DNA from: Squalus acanthias
Taxonomy: Eukaryota
Direction of reading: 5' to 3'
DNA: 64,000 nucleotides
NCBI GenBank assembly: GCA_030390025.1
Contig: CM059432.1
Coordinates: 38,442,001-38,506,000 of the forward strand
Shown here: positions 22,369-36,507 of the stretch, in pieces
Position numbering within the stretch: position 1 is the first letter of the stretch
Layout of the letters: each line of letters begins with the position of its first letter
The notes under the pieces: generated by a model
The model's input: the letters and a program-made list of their open reading frames with translations, nothing else
The model's database searches: none
What the model was told of the DNA's origin: nothing
Made by a program: the position numbers and the translations under genes

Positions 22369-24221
22369 GTCAGAAAAGAAAAAAATGTTCAGATTCACAA
22401 TGCTGCAAATGAAAAGGTCGAAAGTGGTTCAAAAGTCACAGCTTACCTAACTGGGTATGTGTACTTCAGATGTTTTTAAAAGTTTTTTTTAAAGTTTACT
22501 GAAGTGGCTTCCAGCATTTGCCAGACCATCTAGTGTCAATGTGCCAAACAAATATCTGCCAAGGACACTATGGTTTGATGTTGCAATCCGTGTTCTAGTG
22601 CTCTAAACATCACAAATATAGGGTCTGGATAAGTGCCTCAAATGGGATGGAAAATTACTTATTCCTTTCTCTTTATATTAATATTTCAACCGTGGGAAAT
22701 TAAAACAGGCTCTGAATAACCATCAGAAATACCTGACTGCAGACCAGTGAACAAAGTCACTGGTTTGTAATTTTCATGATAAAATGGACAGAATCACAGC
22801 ATTTGATTCCCAAATCATCACCAAAGATCCTGGAAAATCCCAGAAATTCCACGTAATAAATCTCAATTCAGCTTTTTCAGTCGCCACAAACCAGTGACCC
22901 TAATTATAAACAAGTGGAATCGCAGAATGCAAACCGTAAAACACCTCAGAAAATCCTGCAATCCCATCTAACAAAAACAGAATTTTCCTTCTTCAGTCAC
23001 CAGTAAAACCTTTAGCATCGGTGACAAGGTGTTAATATCTGATTTATGCTGTAGATCAGCATACAGTTAGTCCAGAAGTCCAAAGATATGTATGCATTGC
23101 AAATGAACACTCAGGAATGCTAATGCTTTGAGGAAGATTTTTTAAATGATGATGTGCATCCAACAGTTATGAAACCGAGTCGGGAGTAAAGAAAGACTCA
23201 AGGTAGTGAGCTGCAACAATTCCTGGAAGGATTCCTAAGCAGCAGCGAAGACAAGAATAAAGGCATAAATTCAGTTCTCTGTGTATAACCATCTTTTTTT
23301 AATGGTTCAGCTACGCAACAGTGATCAGGTAAAATATTGTGAGTCTGAGAGTTCTACTGTTGCAGAATGTTTAATCCATCTACTTTTCCCTTGCTCTGTC
23401 CTTGGTGATATAGTATTCCTTGTGGACTACAGCAATAATGGATTTTTTTTTTTAAATCATCAGACAAAACTCATCCATATGTATGTTCAGGAAAATAAGA
23501 ATCAAGAGCCTCTATAGACTTTGGTGGGGGCAGGGTTCATACAACATCCGATTGTTGAAGGAGGAACATTCTCATGGGGTTATATATTACAGTGTAATGG
23601 TCACAAAAGCACAAATATGTTTAACTTTCTGATAACCATCCTGCATCATAAATACTTGAAAAGCTTCAAATGATCTGAAGAGCGTTTAATGAGCATGTTG
23701 TTGAACACTGACTCTCTATACCCTGCAGAGTAGAATCTGAAAGTTTTTTGCCAGACTAAAGCATACTCATCACACAGCTGTCCCACACATTTTCCGAAAT
23801 TCAGTTGCATGAGAAATAAAAGCAAAAGCAGTTTGGAAAATAGTAAGCCTAAGCAAAGAGCTTTTTTTTTAAATTATTATTATTAGCTTCCATCTCTGAA
23901 CGTGGGTGGGCAGACTGGAATCTTTCATAAGTAGCTTCAGGCATCAGTGCATTTCTTTTTGAGTGAAGGAATCTGCTGTAAATTACTAGGGCTGGTTGGA
24001 TAATAGGAGCATTCATTCATTGTTGTTCTACAATATACATTGTTCCTTGCTATATTCAATAATAGGTTGAGTCTAGGGCATTCAGCAATTCATAATAGCT
24101 ATTTTTGGCCTGTGAGAAGTTAGGATTCTTTAGACAATGGCAGTAATGGCGAGAGATCGCTGGAATCTCCAAAGAAATGCTGTAAACAGTCATTTTCATC
24201 CATTAAAAAAAAGATCGATTA

Positions 24222-25017
24222 TGGGATGTGGGCGTCGCTGGCAAAGCCAGCTTTTATTGCCCATCCCTAATTGCCTTGAGAAGGTGGTGGTGAGCTGCCT
24301 TCTTGAAGTGCTGCAGTCTGTGTGATGAAGGTCCTCCCACAGTGCTGTTAGGGAGGGAGTTCCAGGATTTTGACCCAGCGACGATGAAGGATCGGTGATA
24401 TACTTCTAAGTCAGGATGGTGTGTGACTTGGAGGTGAACTTGGAGGTGGTGGTGTTCTCATATGCCTGCTGCTCTTGTCCTTCTCGGTGGTAGAGGTCGC
24501 GGGTTTGGGAGGTGCTCCCGAAGAAGCCTTGGCGAGTTGCTGCAGTGCATCTTGTAGATGGTACACACTGCAGCCACGGTACGCTAGTGGTGGAGGGAGT
24601 GAATGTTTAAGGAGGTGGATGGGTTGCCAATCAAGCGGGCTGCTTTGTCCTGGGTGGTGTCGAGCTTCTTGAGTGTTGTTGGGGCTGCACTAATCCAGGC
24701 AAGTGGAGAGTATTCCATCACACTCCTTACTTGTGCCTTGTAGATGGTGGAAAGGCTTTGGGGAGTCAGGAGGTAAGACACTCGCCGAAGAATACCTAGC
24801 CTCTGGCCTGCTCTTGTTGCCACTGTATTGATGTGGCTGGTCCAGTTAAGTTTCTGGTCATTGGTGACCCCCAGGACGTTGATGGTGGGGGATTCGGCGA
24901 TGGTAATGCTGTTGAATGTCAAGGAGCGGTGGTTAGACTCTCACTTGTTGGAGATAGTCATTGCCTGGCACTTCTGTGGCACGAATGTTACCTGGCACTT
25001 ATCAGCCCAAGCCTGAA
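24222..25017 (-). mobile_element. CR1-like LINE family B 3' part
   Basis: ORF 24584-24922 (LNWTSHINTVATRAGQRLG...) and family B 3'UTR. Confidence 0.9.
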
Positions 25018-25517
25018 CACCATTTTTCTGCAGGTTCTGATGGTCTCCTGCCAGGGGAAGACTGGTAGAACCCCCGCCAAATTTCTGGGTCAATACACGT
25101 ATTCTGCCTAGCCAGAATCTCACCATATACCAATATAAAGCATCTTATTTACCACTTGTGGCAACAACCCCCTGAAACCAAAATGATAAATTGCTAAACT
25201 GGTTGGGTGGGAGATTTGAAAAATCTTGCAGCGGGTCGGGTAACTGCCATCATCCCGCCCACATGCGCCTTTCCCTTGGGCGCGTTTGCCGGCGCGGCAG
25301 CGACCTGAACAGCAGAGGCGGGCGAGCTAACTTAAATTATTATTAGCTACTTGTCAGACCTTAAGAGTCTTTTTAACCGTACCTTTCAAATTTCAATGGA
25401 TGACCACGGGAATCACGCAGCTAGGGAACCACGTCTGTCAACCTGAGGCGGAAGCTGAGTGGCCATTGACAGATTGCTTCTATCATCTCTATTTGACCTG
25501 CTGTCTATTCCATCAGC

Positions 25518-25932
25518 ATGGGTACCGTCTATACTGTCTCACCTTGGTCCTCAGAATCGGACCACGATGAGCCCCAACACCAGCAGCACCAGGCACACCA
25601 GCAGTACCAACAACAACACCACCAACTTTCTCGTCAACCACCTGATGCTGCACAGGACAGAGGGCATCAGCGCAGGGCTGCACCGTGCCAGAGGCGATAC
25701 CCCCAACACAGGGTATACAGGCAGAGGATGAGCTTCCTCAACATGACTGAGCAGCAGTGCTAAAGGAGGCTCAGGCTATCGCGCCAGGTCATTACAGACA
25801 TTTGCAGCTTGCTGGAGCAAGACCTGCAGCCCCGAGGAGCAGGTGGACACTCCTTACCAACGGCTGTCAAAGTCACCAGCGCCCTCAACTTCTTCACCTC
25901 AGGCTCCTTCCAGGGATCTGCAGCAGACATTT
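25518..25932 (+). pseudogene. Harbinger transposase N-terminal fragment
   Basis: [34 protein letters not shown]...[26 protein letters not shown], the HARBI1-like HTH region; catalytic core deleted. Confidence 0.8.
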
Positions 25933-28900
25933 GAGGCTCCTCTGAGGAGTCGTTCTCCTCTTCCACCTGGACAGTGGCGGAGGGGGAGGGGGGGGGCGGT
26001 GGGTGGGCATGGGGAGGGCTCTTAATGGACCTATGGGAGAGTAAAGAGATGAGTTAGATATGCCAAATGAAGAATGGGTGCAGATACCATTATGCACACG
26101 ATGACCATTCAGCGGTTGATGACATCAGTGCCCATATGAGTGACTGACATGTGCCATTTAGCTGTATGATATGTAATTCTGTCATCAGGCTGTTTAGATG
26201 TTCCCCTCTCTCCATCTCCCATCTCCAGCTGCTCGTTGACTCCAGAAACGTCCAAGGCAGCCTCCTCTGCTGATGTTAGGGTCACCAATGATGGCGTTCC
26301 ACCTCCGGTTCTCTCTCTCTCCCTCTTATTGTGCGCTCTCTTTTCCTGCAAGGAGGGAAACAAGAGAAGGTTGAGTGAAAGTGATAGAATGAGTGTAAGG
26401 TCTGGATGGGTTACAGCTTTAGAGAGAAACTATGATGGAGTGGGATGGCAATGCTAAATGGCCTCCTTGTGTGTGTTATTTGGTATGATTGCATTAGGAT
26501 GAGGGTCAGTGTGAGGTGTGGCTAGTGAGATGGGGATGTGATAATGTCTTCTCTTCTTAGGCAGTCCCTCGGAACCGAGAATGACGTGCTTCCACACTAA
26601 AAATGAGTTCTCAGGTGACTGATGAGTCCAATGAGGGACCTACAGTCTCTGTCACAGGTGGTTGAAGTGGCGGGTGGGTGGGGTGCTTGGGTTGACGTGC
26701 GCTCCTTGCGCTGCCTGCGCTTGGCTTCCGCTTGCTCCCAGCGAAGAGACTCGAGGTGTTCAGCGCCTTCCCGGATGCTTCTCCTCCACTTTGTGCACTC
26801 TTGGGCCAGGGATTCCCAGGTGTCAGTGGGGATGTTGCACCTTTTCAAGGAGGCTTTGAGGGTGTCCTTGAAGCGTTTCCTCTGCCCACCTGGGGCTCTC
26901 TTGCCGTGTCGGAGCTCCGAGTAGAGCGCTTGTTTTGGGAGTCTCGTATCGGGCATGCGGACGATGTGGCCCATCCATCGGAGCTGATCGAGCGTGGTCA
27001 AAGCTACGATGCTGGGGATGTTGGCCTGAGCGAGAACACTGATGTTGCTGCGCCTATCCTGCCAATGGATTTGCAGGATCTTGTGGAGGCAGCGTTGGTG
27101 GTACCTCTCCAGTGCGTTGAGGTGCCTGCAATACATGGTCCATGTCTCTGAAGCATACAGGAGGGCGGGTATCACTACTGCTCTGTAGACCATGAGCTTG
27201 GTGCTGGATTTGAGGTCCTGGTCTTCAAACACTCTCTTCCTCAGGTGACCGAAGGCTGCACTGGCACACTGAATGCGGTGTTGGACTTCGTCATCGACGT
27301 CTGCCCTTGTTGACAATAGGCTCCCGAGGTATGGAAAGTGGTCCACGTTGTCCAAGGCCTCGTCATGGATTTTAATAATCGGGGAGCAGTACTGTGTGGC
27401 GGGGGCAGGTTGGTAGAGGACCTTTGTCTTATGGATGTTTAGTGTAAGGCCCATGCTCTCGTACTCTTTGGTGAAGGTGTTGACGATGGTTTGGAGTTTG
27501 GCCTCAGAGTGTGCACAGACGCAAGCGTCGTCTGCATACTGTAATTCGATGACAGAGGATGGGACGACCATGGATCTAGACTGGAGGCGACGGAGGTTGA
27601 ACAGTTTCCCGTTTGTTCTGTAGATTAGCTCCACTCCAGCGGGGAGCTTACTGAAGGCGAGATGGAGCATTGCAACCAGGAAGATTGAGAAGAGCATTGG
27701 TGCGATGACACAGCCTTGCTTGACCCCGGTCCGTACGTGAATTGAGTCTGTGGTGGAACCGTTGGTCAGGATCACGGCTTGCATGTCGTCGTGAAGCTGG
27801 TGGAGGATGGTGACAAACTTTTGAGGGCAGCTGAATTTCAGGTGGACACTCCATAATCCCTCACGGTTGACAGTGTCGAAGGCCTTTGTGAGGTCAAAGA
27901 AGGCCATGTACAGCGGTTGGTGTTGTTCCCTGCATTTCTCTTGTATTTGACACGCGGTGAAGATCATGTCCATTGTGCCCCTTAGTGGGCAGAATCCGCA
28001 TTGCAACTCTGGGAGTAGCTCTTCAGCCATTGGGAGAAGGCGATTGAGGAGGATTCTTAGGATGACTTTCCCTGTGGCAGATAGCAGGGCGACTCCTCTG
28101 TAATTACCGCAATCAGACTTGTCACCTTTCTTGAAGATGGTCATGATTACGGCGTCTCTGAGAACCCCTGGCATGCTCTCCTCCTTCCAAATAAGAGAAA
28201 TGAGTTAATGTATTCGCGCCAATAGTGCTTCTCCGCCATGTTTTAGCGCCTCGGCGTGGATTCCATCTGCTCCTGAGGCCTTGTTGTTCTTCAGTTGTCG
28301 GATGGCCTTTTCAACCTCATGCCAGGCTGGGGCTGTGCTGTGGCGGGTAGGATGCTGCGGGATGGAGTTGAGGACACTCGCGTTGAAGACAGAGTCTCGG
28401 TTAAGGGGATCTTCGAAGTGCTCCTTCCAGCAGGCACTGACTGCCTCTCTGTCCTTGGTGAGTACCTCTCCGTTCTTGGCCCGCAGTGGTGTAGAATCTT
28501 GGGCGCTTGGGCCGTAGGTGGTCTTGACTGCGCTAAAGAATCCACACACGTCGTGGTTGTCGGCTAGCTGCTGGATCTCCTGCGCTTTCTCCACCCACCA
28601 TCTGTTCTTCAGGTCGCGAGTTTTTTGTTGGACCTCGAGAGAGGGATGGGTGGACGTACAAGGTATGTTGGTGTGAGTAAAGATAGGCAGCAGCAGAGTT
28701 GGGAAGGCAGAGTGATGGGGATGTGATGAGAGGCATAGCAGGATGAAGTTGAGTGTGGCTTTGTACTCACCTTTCCTGAACAAATGAGATCATTGAAACA
28801 TTTCCGGCACTCAACCCAGATCCTCCTGACTCCATCCCTTCTGTTTACCTCCTCTGCTATTTGGAGCCAGGCTCTTTTGGTTTCCTGGGGAGGTCTCTTC

Positions 28901-29010
28901 CACCCATTAGAAGAGAAGAGGACCTCCCAGTGTGCTCTGACTCCCTCCACAAGCACATGGAGGGAGTCATCGGAGAACCTGTGTGCAGCCCTCTGTCTCA
29001 GTGCAGGCAT
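25933..29010 (-). pseudogene. Harbinger Myb/SANT-like gene (exon 1 29010-28771, exon 2 from 26345, start of exon 3 ~25965)
   Basis: RFSDDSLHVLVEGV...AWLQIAEEVN...RIWVECRKCFNDL|GTGAGT; TGCAG|EKRAHNKRERERTGGG; acidic VEEENDSSEE. Confidence 0.85.
26547..28636 (-). mobile_element. RTE-clade LINE, 5'-truncated
   Basis: 525-aa ORF with FFDLTKAFDTVNR, GVKQGCV, LQYADD and C-terminal CDRDCRSLIGLISHLRTH; short 3'UTR with AAG-type tail. Confidence 0.95.
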
Positions 29011-29253
29011 ATTTGGCACTCTTTCCAGCAGTCCAATTGTGTAGTGTGCTGCCTGCACACTCCTTCAACCTTCCCTTAAATATCCCGGCTGAAAACACGT
29101 CATCGCTGACGTGATCAGACTCGCACCATTTAATTGGGCCAGGTAACGCGCAGGGCAGCCTTAATAGGCCCCATTAACGCAAAGTTGCTCTGAGGAACGG
29201 CATGGAATCAGGAACGGGGTCATGACCAGCCATGGCGAATGCCCGCTCCCGAG

Positions 29254-30510
29254 TTAAGAAGATAAGAACATAAGAAATAGGAGCAGGAGTAGGCCATTCG
29301 GCCCTTCGAGCCTGCTCCACCATTCAATGAGATCATGGCTGATCTTCTGCCTCAACTCCATTCACCGGCCCTATCGCCATATCCCTTGATGCCCTTATTA
29401 GTCAGAAATCTATCGACTTCTGTTTTGAATATACCCAATGACTCTGGTAAACCTACGCTGCACTCCCTCCAAGGCCAATATATCCTTCCTAAGGTGTGGT
29501 GCCCAGAACTGCTCAGAGTACTCCAGGTGTGGTCCAACAGGGCTTAGTATAGCTGCAGCATAACTTTTACCCCCTTGTATTCTCGTCCTCTAGATATAAA
29601 GGCCAGCATTCCATTAGCCTTTTTGATTAGTTTCTGTACCTGTTCATGACATTTTAATGATCCATGTACCTGGACCCCCAAGTCTCTTTGGACATTCACT
29701 GTTTTTAGCTTTTCACCATTTAGAAAGTACCCTGTTCTATCCTTTTTAGGTCCAAAGTGGATGACCTCACATTTGCTTACATTGAAATCCATTTGCCACA
29801 GTTTTGACAATTCACTTAATCTATCAATATCATTTTGTAATTTTATGCCTTCATCTACACTGCCTACAATGCAGCCTATCTTCATGTCATCGGCAAATTT
29901 CGATATATGATTTTCTATGCCATCATCTAAGTCTTTAATAAATACTGTGAATAGTTGAGCCCCCAACACAGATCCCTGCGGGACACCACTAGTCACATCT
30001 TGTCAATTTGAGTACCTACCCATTATCCCTACTCTCTGTCTCCTGCCGCTCAGCCAATTTCCTAATCAGGTCAATATTTTGCCTTTAATTCCATGGGCTT
30101 CTACCTTAGTTAACAGTCTCTTATGTGGGACTTTATCAAATGCCTTCTGGAAGTCCATAAAAATAACATCCATAGACATTCCCCTGTCCACTACTTTAAT
30201 CACCTCTTCAAAAAATTCAATCAGGTTTGTCAGGCTTGACCTACCTTTCACAAACCCATGCTGGCTCTCTCTGATCAACTGAAAATTTTTGAGTTGTTCA
30301 GTCACCCTATCTTAATTATAGACTCTAGCAATTTCCCAACAAGAGATGTTAGGCTAACGGGTCTATAATTCCCTGGTTTCCCTCTCTCACCATTCTTAAG
30401 TAGCGGAGTGATATGCGCAATTTTCCAATTTAAAGGAACGGTTCCTAAATAGAGATAACTTTGGAAGGATATAGTTAGGGCATCTGCAATGTGCTCACCT
30501 ACTTCCTTTA
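29254..30510 (-). mobile_element. CR1 LINE, internally deleted
   Basis: ORFs 30066-30305 and 29544-29996 with RT motifs; CATAAGAA tail at ~29265. Confidence 0.9.
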
Positions 30511-30514
30511 AAAC

Positions 30515-31818
30515 TTTCTCTGGTCTAAGGCGAACAATCCCAGCTTCTCCAATCTCTCCACATAACTCATCCCTGGTAAACCTCCTCTGTACCCTTTCTA
30601 TGGCCTTGACATACTTCTTAAAGTGTGGCGCCCAGAATTGTACACAATACTCCAGCTGAAGCCTAACCAGTGGTTTCTAAAGGTTTCACATGACTTCCTT
30701 GTTTTTTTATTCAATGCCCCTATTTACAAAGCCAATTATCCCATGTGCTTTCTTAACCATCTTATCAACTTGCCCTGCCACCTTCAAAGATTTGTGAATA
30801 TGCACTCCCAGGTCCCTCTGCTTTTACACCTCCCTCAAAATAGTACCATTTAGATTATACTGCTTCTCCATGCTTTTCCTCCCAAAGTGCATCACTTTAC
30901 ACTTATCCATATTGTCTGCGCATTTCACCAGTCTGTCTATGAAATCCTCCTGAAGTCTGCTACTATCCTGTTCACCATTTACTACGTTGCCAAGTTTTGT
31001 ATCAGCTGCAAACTTCAAAATTGTACTCCCTATACACAAGTCCAGGTCATTTATATATAACAAGAAAAGCAATGATCCTTTTACGGACCCCTGGGGGAAC
31101 CTCACTGCATACTTCTCTCCAGTCAGAAAAACATCCGTTCACCACTACTCTCTGCCTCCTATCCCTTAGCCAATTACGTACCCAAGTTACTACCGTGCCT
31201 TTAATACCATGTGCTTCTATTTTATGAATAAGTCTGTTATGTAGTACTTTATCAAATGCCTTTTGAAAATCCATATATACATCTACTGCACTACCTTCAT
31301 CAACCCTCTCTGTTACTTCATCAAAGAACTCAATCAGGTTAGTCAGACATAATTTGTCTTTAAGAAATTAATATTGGCTGTTTCTTATTAACCCATGCTT
31401 CTCTGAGTGAGAATTAATTTTGACATTGGTCTCCAGTAGCTTTCCCACCTCTGATGTTAGACAGATTGGTCTGTAGTTACCAGGTTTATCCCTCTCCCCT
31501 TTTTTAAACAGGGGTGTAACATTTGCAATCCTCTGGCACCACCCCCATATCCAAGGAGGATTGAAAGATTATGGTCAGAGGTTCTGCTATTTCCACCTTA
31601 GCTTCCCTCAGCAACCTAGGATGCACCCGTCTGGACCGGGTGACTTGTTAACTTTGAGTGATCCCAATCTATTTAGTACCTCCTTTCTATCTATTTTTAT
31701 CCTATCCAATATCTCTACTACCCCCTCCTCTACTGCAACATTAACTTTATCCTCTTCATTTGTAAAGACAGATGCAAAGTATTCATTCAGTACCCCAGTC
31801 ATGCCCTCTGCCTCCACA
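30515..31818 (-). mobile_element. Second CR1 ORF2 fragment
   Basis: [38 protein letters not shown]. Confidence 0.85.
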
Positions 31819-32004
31819 GCCTTCTGCTGGGTCTGAAAATGGCCCTGCAAGTGAAAGTGTTACAGTAAATGATGAAGTAGCTGTCTGGGTTTGTGCAACT
31901 GCTGAATGGGATTGTAAGAAGGTTGGGATGTTGCATTGCCCGCAAAGACATCTCCATCATCTATGCCAACTCTAGGTTCCTGCAATTCCACCTTTCTCCT
32001 TTTC

Positions 32005-34200
32005 ACATTTTTTTCATTCCTGGGATGTGGGCATCGCTGGCAAGGCCCACCTCTAATTGCCCTTGAGAAGGTGGTGGTGAACCGCTGCAGTCCGTATGGT
32101 GAAGCTACTCCCACAGTGCTGTTAGGGAGGGAGTTTTAGGATTTTGACCCAGCGACGATGAAGGAAAGGTGATATATTTCCAAGTCAGGATGGTGTGTGA
32201 CTTGGAGGGGAACTTGCAGGTGGTGGTGTTCCCATGCGCCTGCTGCCCTTGTCCTTCTCGGTGGTAGAGGTCACGGGTTTGGGAGGTGCTGTCAAAGAAG
32301 CCTTGGCGAGTTGCTGCAGTGCATCTTGTAGATGGTACACCATGAGCCACGGTACGCCGGTGGTGGAGAGAGTGAATGTTTCAGGTGGTGGATGGGATGC
32401 CAATCGAGCGGGCTGCTTGGTCCTGGATGGTGCCTTGATGTCCAGGGCAGTCACTCTCACCTCACCTCTGGAATTCAGCTCTTCTGTCCATCTTTGGACC
32501 AAGGCTGTAATGAGGTCTGGAGCCGAGTGGAACCCAAACTGAGCATCGGTGAGCAGGCTATTGGTGAGTAAGTGCCGCTTGATAGCACTGCTGATGACAC
32601 CTTCTATCACTTTGCTGATGATTGAGTGTAGACTGATGGGCGGTAATTGGCCGGATTGGATTTATCCTGCTTTTTGTGGACAGGACATACCTGTTTTCCA
32701 TATTGTCGTGTAAATGCCAGTGTTGTAGCTGTACTGGAACAGCTTGGCTAGAAGCGCGGCTAGTTCTGGAGCACAAATCTTCAGCATGATGGCCGGGATG
32801 TTGTCAGAGCCCATAGCCTTTGCTGTATCCAGTGCGCTCAGCTGTTTCTTGATATCATGTGGAGTGAATCGAATTGGCTGAAGACTGGCTTCTGTGATGG
32901 TGGGGACCTCAGGAGGAGGCCGAGATGGATCATCCACTCGGCACTTCTGGCTGAAGATGGTTGCAAACGCTTCAGCCTTGTCTTTTGCACTCATGTGCTG
33001 GGCTCTGCCATCATTGAGGATGGGGATGTTCATGGAGCCTCCTCCTCCCGTTAGTTATTTTATGGTCCACCACCATTCATGACTGGATGTGGCAGGACTG
33101 CAGAGCTTTGATCTGATCCGTTGGTTGTGTGATCGCTTAGCTCTGTCTATAGCATGCTGCTGCCATTATTTAGCAGGCATGTAGTCCTGTGTTGCAGCTT
33201 CCCCAGGTTGGCACCTCATTTTTAGGTACGCCTGGTGCTGCTCCTAGCATGCTCTTCTACACTCCTCATTGAACCAGGGTTGGTCGCCTGGCTTGATGTT
33301 AATGCTAGAGTCAGGGATATGCCGGGCTATGAGGTTACAGATTGTGGTGGAATACAATTCTGCTGCTACTGATGGCCCACAGCACCTCATGGATGCCCAG
33401 TTTTGAGCTGCTAGATCTGTTCTGAGTCTATCCCATTTAGCACGGTGGTAGTGCCACACAACACGATGGAGGGTGTCCTTGGTGTGAAGACGGGACTTCG
33501 TCTCCACAAGGACTGTGCAGTAGTCACTGCTACCAATACTGTCATGGACAGATGTATCTGCGACAGGTAGATTGGTGAGAAGTAGGTTTTTCCCTCGTGC
33601 TGGTTCTCTCACCACCTGCCGCAGGCCCAGTCTGGCAGCTGTGTCCTTCAGGACTGGGCCAGCTCGGTCAGTAGTGGTGCTACTGAGCCACTCTTGGTGA
33701 TGGATATTGATGTCCCCCACCCTGAGTACATTCTGTGCCCTTGCTACCCTCATTGCTTCTTCCAAGTGGTGTTCGACATGGAAGAGTACTGATTCATCAG
33801 CTGAGGGAGGGCGGTAGGTGGTAATCAGCAGGAGGTTTCCTTGCCCATATTTGACCTAAAGCCATGAAACTTCATGGGGTCCGGAGTCAATGTTTAGGTC
33901 TGCCAGGGCCACTCCCTCCCGACTGTATACCACTGTGCCGCCACCCCTGGTGGGTCTGTCCTGCCAGTGGGACAGGACATACCCAGGGATAGTGATGGAG
34001 GAGTCTGGGACATTGGCTGAAAGGTCTGATTCTGTGAGTATGACGATGTCAGGCTGTTGCTTGACTAGTCTGTGGGACAGCTCTCCCAATTCTGGCACAA
34101 GTCCCCAGATGTTAGTGAGGAGGACGTTGCTGGGTTGACTGGGCTGGGTGTGCCGTTGTCGTGTCCGAATCCAGTGCTGAGGTCGATGCCAGGTGGTTGA
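32005..34200 (-). mobile_element. CR1-like LINE family B with APE endonuclease, RT core deleted
   Basis: LLTNIWGL...PDIVILTES...RGGGTVVY, VGDINIHH, SSDY (APE); jump at ~32430 from ALDIKA to the C-terminal region; 3'UTR present. Confidence 0.9.
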
Positions 34201-34777
34201 ATATTCTGCTCCAACCACTTTTGACAAGAAAACAAAATATACCTTTATGGACAGCCAGCAGCCCTTAAAGAGCTGGACTAGGAATCCCCGCCCCTGACCT
34301 CAATGCACTGCCATTGCATCACGCGCAATGAAGTCAATGAAGTCAGCACTTGTGCTGCACCAGGACTGCATTATGGACCCCTATGTTTCTGTGTATCAGG
34401 TCATTGTTAGCCCTTTAGTCTTCCCTCAAGTTTCTAGGTGAGGTCTGGGGTCAGTATTCAGTTTTGTTCTAGTTGAGGTGGTCCCTGATCCAGGGCACCA
34501 CTGTATGAGCATCCGAAGGCTGAATATTCGAAATATTGTAGGCAATGTAAATTTGGCCTTACAGTTTCAAGAGATTCATTTTTTCTCACTTCTTTTCCAC
34601 ATGCATGCCAACTTTTCAAACACATTTCACGTGTGGATTTGAACCATTCAGATTGTTGCCTGTTCACTTTTTGGATACAACAGTAATTAGTTTATGACAT
34701 GTTCAGTTACATGTGGGTCCTGCTTTCCTGAATATATTCATGCAGAAAGTGGCTTGACTTGTTGCAACTGAGAAATT

Positions 34778-35194
34778 GGGGTTAATTTTCCTTCCCCCCC
34801 CCCAGCATATTGGGTGATATGGGTGTGAAAGCTGGGGGGCTTGAACATCGCTGAATTTCCAGGTTCAGCTCACATGCTTGGGCTGGGTGAGCACTGGGCA
34901 GGACAATCACCTGTGAACACGGCCAGGATCAAGGGAGAGAAACTGAGTGCTACCCCGCGCCTGAAAGGCCTCCAGCAGTGCAAATTCTTAGCAGATTCAG
35001 GGCCTTTTGTCTTCTGTCAGAAACAACAGTCAGATGACTTCCAGTTCAGCTGTGGAGTCTAGCCGCACCCTAGAAGGAAAGAAGACAGCTTACCTTACAT
35101 CAAGTGCAAAACGGGATAGAAGCCTGGCTGTTCAAAGACTCTGCCCCTTTCCCCTCTAAGTGCCCCAGGAACTGGTGCGAGGAAAATCAGCCCA
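34778..35194. mobile_element. Old Harbinger-type MITE
   Basis: TIR-like GGGTTAATTTTCC / GGGCTGATTTTCC; TSD unclear. Confidence 0.45.
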
Positions 35195-35344
35195 ATGTAT
35201 TCTCCGCGTAAATGTCAGTTTTATCCATCTTGAGTATGTGGGAAAGAAATGATCAGTATTATTGTTGCCGTATCAGTAAATGCCAGTATGGTTGACACCC
35301 CTCTTTACATTGCAAATACTGGCCAATGTTTAAAAAAAAATTAC

Positions 35345-35706
35345 CATTTTTAGTCTCCCGTGGCAATAAAGCCTGGTCCAAGTCTGGAGCGATTTATGAT
35401 GCCATCGGACTGTACCATCTAACAATTCGTAGCATGCATTTAACTTCAGTTCATTGAGTTTTCCAGCACCAAAATAATTGGTTCTGCTGATATTCTTGGT
35501 CCACGGGTGTAAAGCATGTTTTGCCTCCTTCGAGTTTGCGAACTAGCTTTAAAGCCCAAAGTAGCACAAAATGCTCGCACTGTGTGTAACCAAACTGAAA
35601 CGAATACGTAGTTGTTTTTCTAAAACACGGAACATTTCGCACAATTTTGTGGCATCAGTGGATGGAGCCAGTTTCCATTACAGGAAAACCGCAGGTTCCA
35701 AACTGC
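35345..35706 (-). other. Candidate host exon or conserved non-repeat segment
   Basis: TTAATTTCAG acceptor at 35707, ATG|GTAATT possible donor at 35344, CpG not depleted, no repeat motifs; early stops in all three frames. Confidence 0.3.
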
Positions 35707-35916
35707 CTGAAATTAATGCACACAACACTTCTTCAGTACATTTTTTGATCTTTCAATAAGTTGTGTTCTGTACTCGTCGAGGTGAGGGACGTGGAACACT
35801 TCTGCTATTTTTTTGGCACCACCTCCTGTACCTCGTTCTTAACACTAATTCATTTCAATCATTTCATCTATATAATACCAACAATGTTTAAATAAATGTT
35901 TTCCACTTTCTAAAAC

Positions 35917-36315
35917 TACACCCCCTCTCCCCACTTGAGGAGGATGTGCTGGACATCACAGGCCAGGGTGAGTCACGGCCATGGTGAGCAGCAATGCTGG
36001 AGGAGGTGTCATGCTGGGTCTCGTCACACCTTCCCCACTTTCTACTTTCTCACTTCTAGCTCATCCTACACAGTCTGCAAGACAAATTGCAGCTGGATTC
36101 AACAGCCATTCAGCTCTCTTGCTGCATTTCCTTCCGACAAAAGCTAAGCTTTGTCCCTCTCTTTCATTTCAGGTGCTAGAAATGTTGAGGCCCCTGGGCC
36201 AGTGCAGGAAGAGGAGGACAGATTTCCCAAAGATGCCAGGTCACTCAATCTGACTATAGCTAACATCAGCTCAGAGACTGGCACCATACAAACTTTAGAG
36301 GGTAAGCTAGAGGAG
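35917..36315 (+). pseudogene. Harbinger Myb gene exon 2/3 remnant
   Basis: TTTCAG|GARNVEAPGPVQEEED...SLNLTIANISSETGTIQTLEGKLE matches SLDLTLASTSSDTGTMRSLEDSLE of element E. Confidence 0.7.
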
Positions 36316-36342
36316 CAGTATTGGAAAGCAACAGTTTTAGAA

Positions 36343-36475
36343 ACATAGAACATAAAAAATTAGGAACAGGAGTTGGCCATTCGGCCCTTCGAGCCTGCTC
36401 CGCCATTCAATATGATCATGGCTGATCCTCTATCTCAATACTATATTCCCGCTCTCTCCCCATACCCCTTGATGC
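36343..36475 (-). mobile_element. CR1 3' tail
   Basis: CATAGAACATAA...GGCCATTCGGCCCTTCGAGCCTGCTCC as at 14548 and 29265. Confidence 0.8.
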
Positions 36476-36507
36476 TTTGTTTAAGCAGATCAAATTTTTT
36501 AGCCCCT

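Larger units (their letters stand above)
25213..29253. mobile_element. Harbinger element A (internally deleted, RTE in intron, right end cut by CR1)
   Basis: Convergent transposase N-terminus and Myb gene; similar inverted subterminal sequences at ~25230 and ~29250. Confidence 0.8.

Noticed and set aside
22740..22975. Weak ~145-bp tandem similarity (ACCAGTGA...AATC(A/G)CAG...ATCCTG)
   Set aside because: Too degenerate to separate from chance by eye
26597..28174. 525-aa intact RT ORF as a functional or domesticated gene
   Set aside because: 5'-truncated RTE lacking the endonuclease, with an upstream frameshift and a damaged zinc finger; a young dead copy
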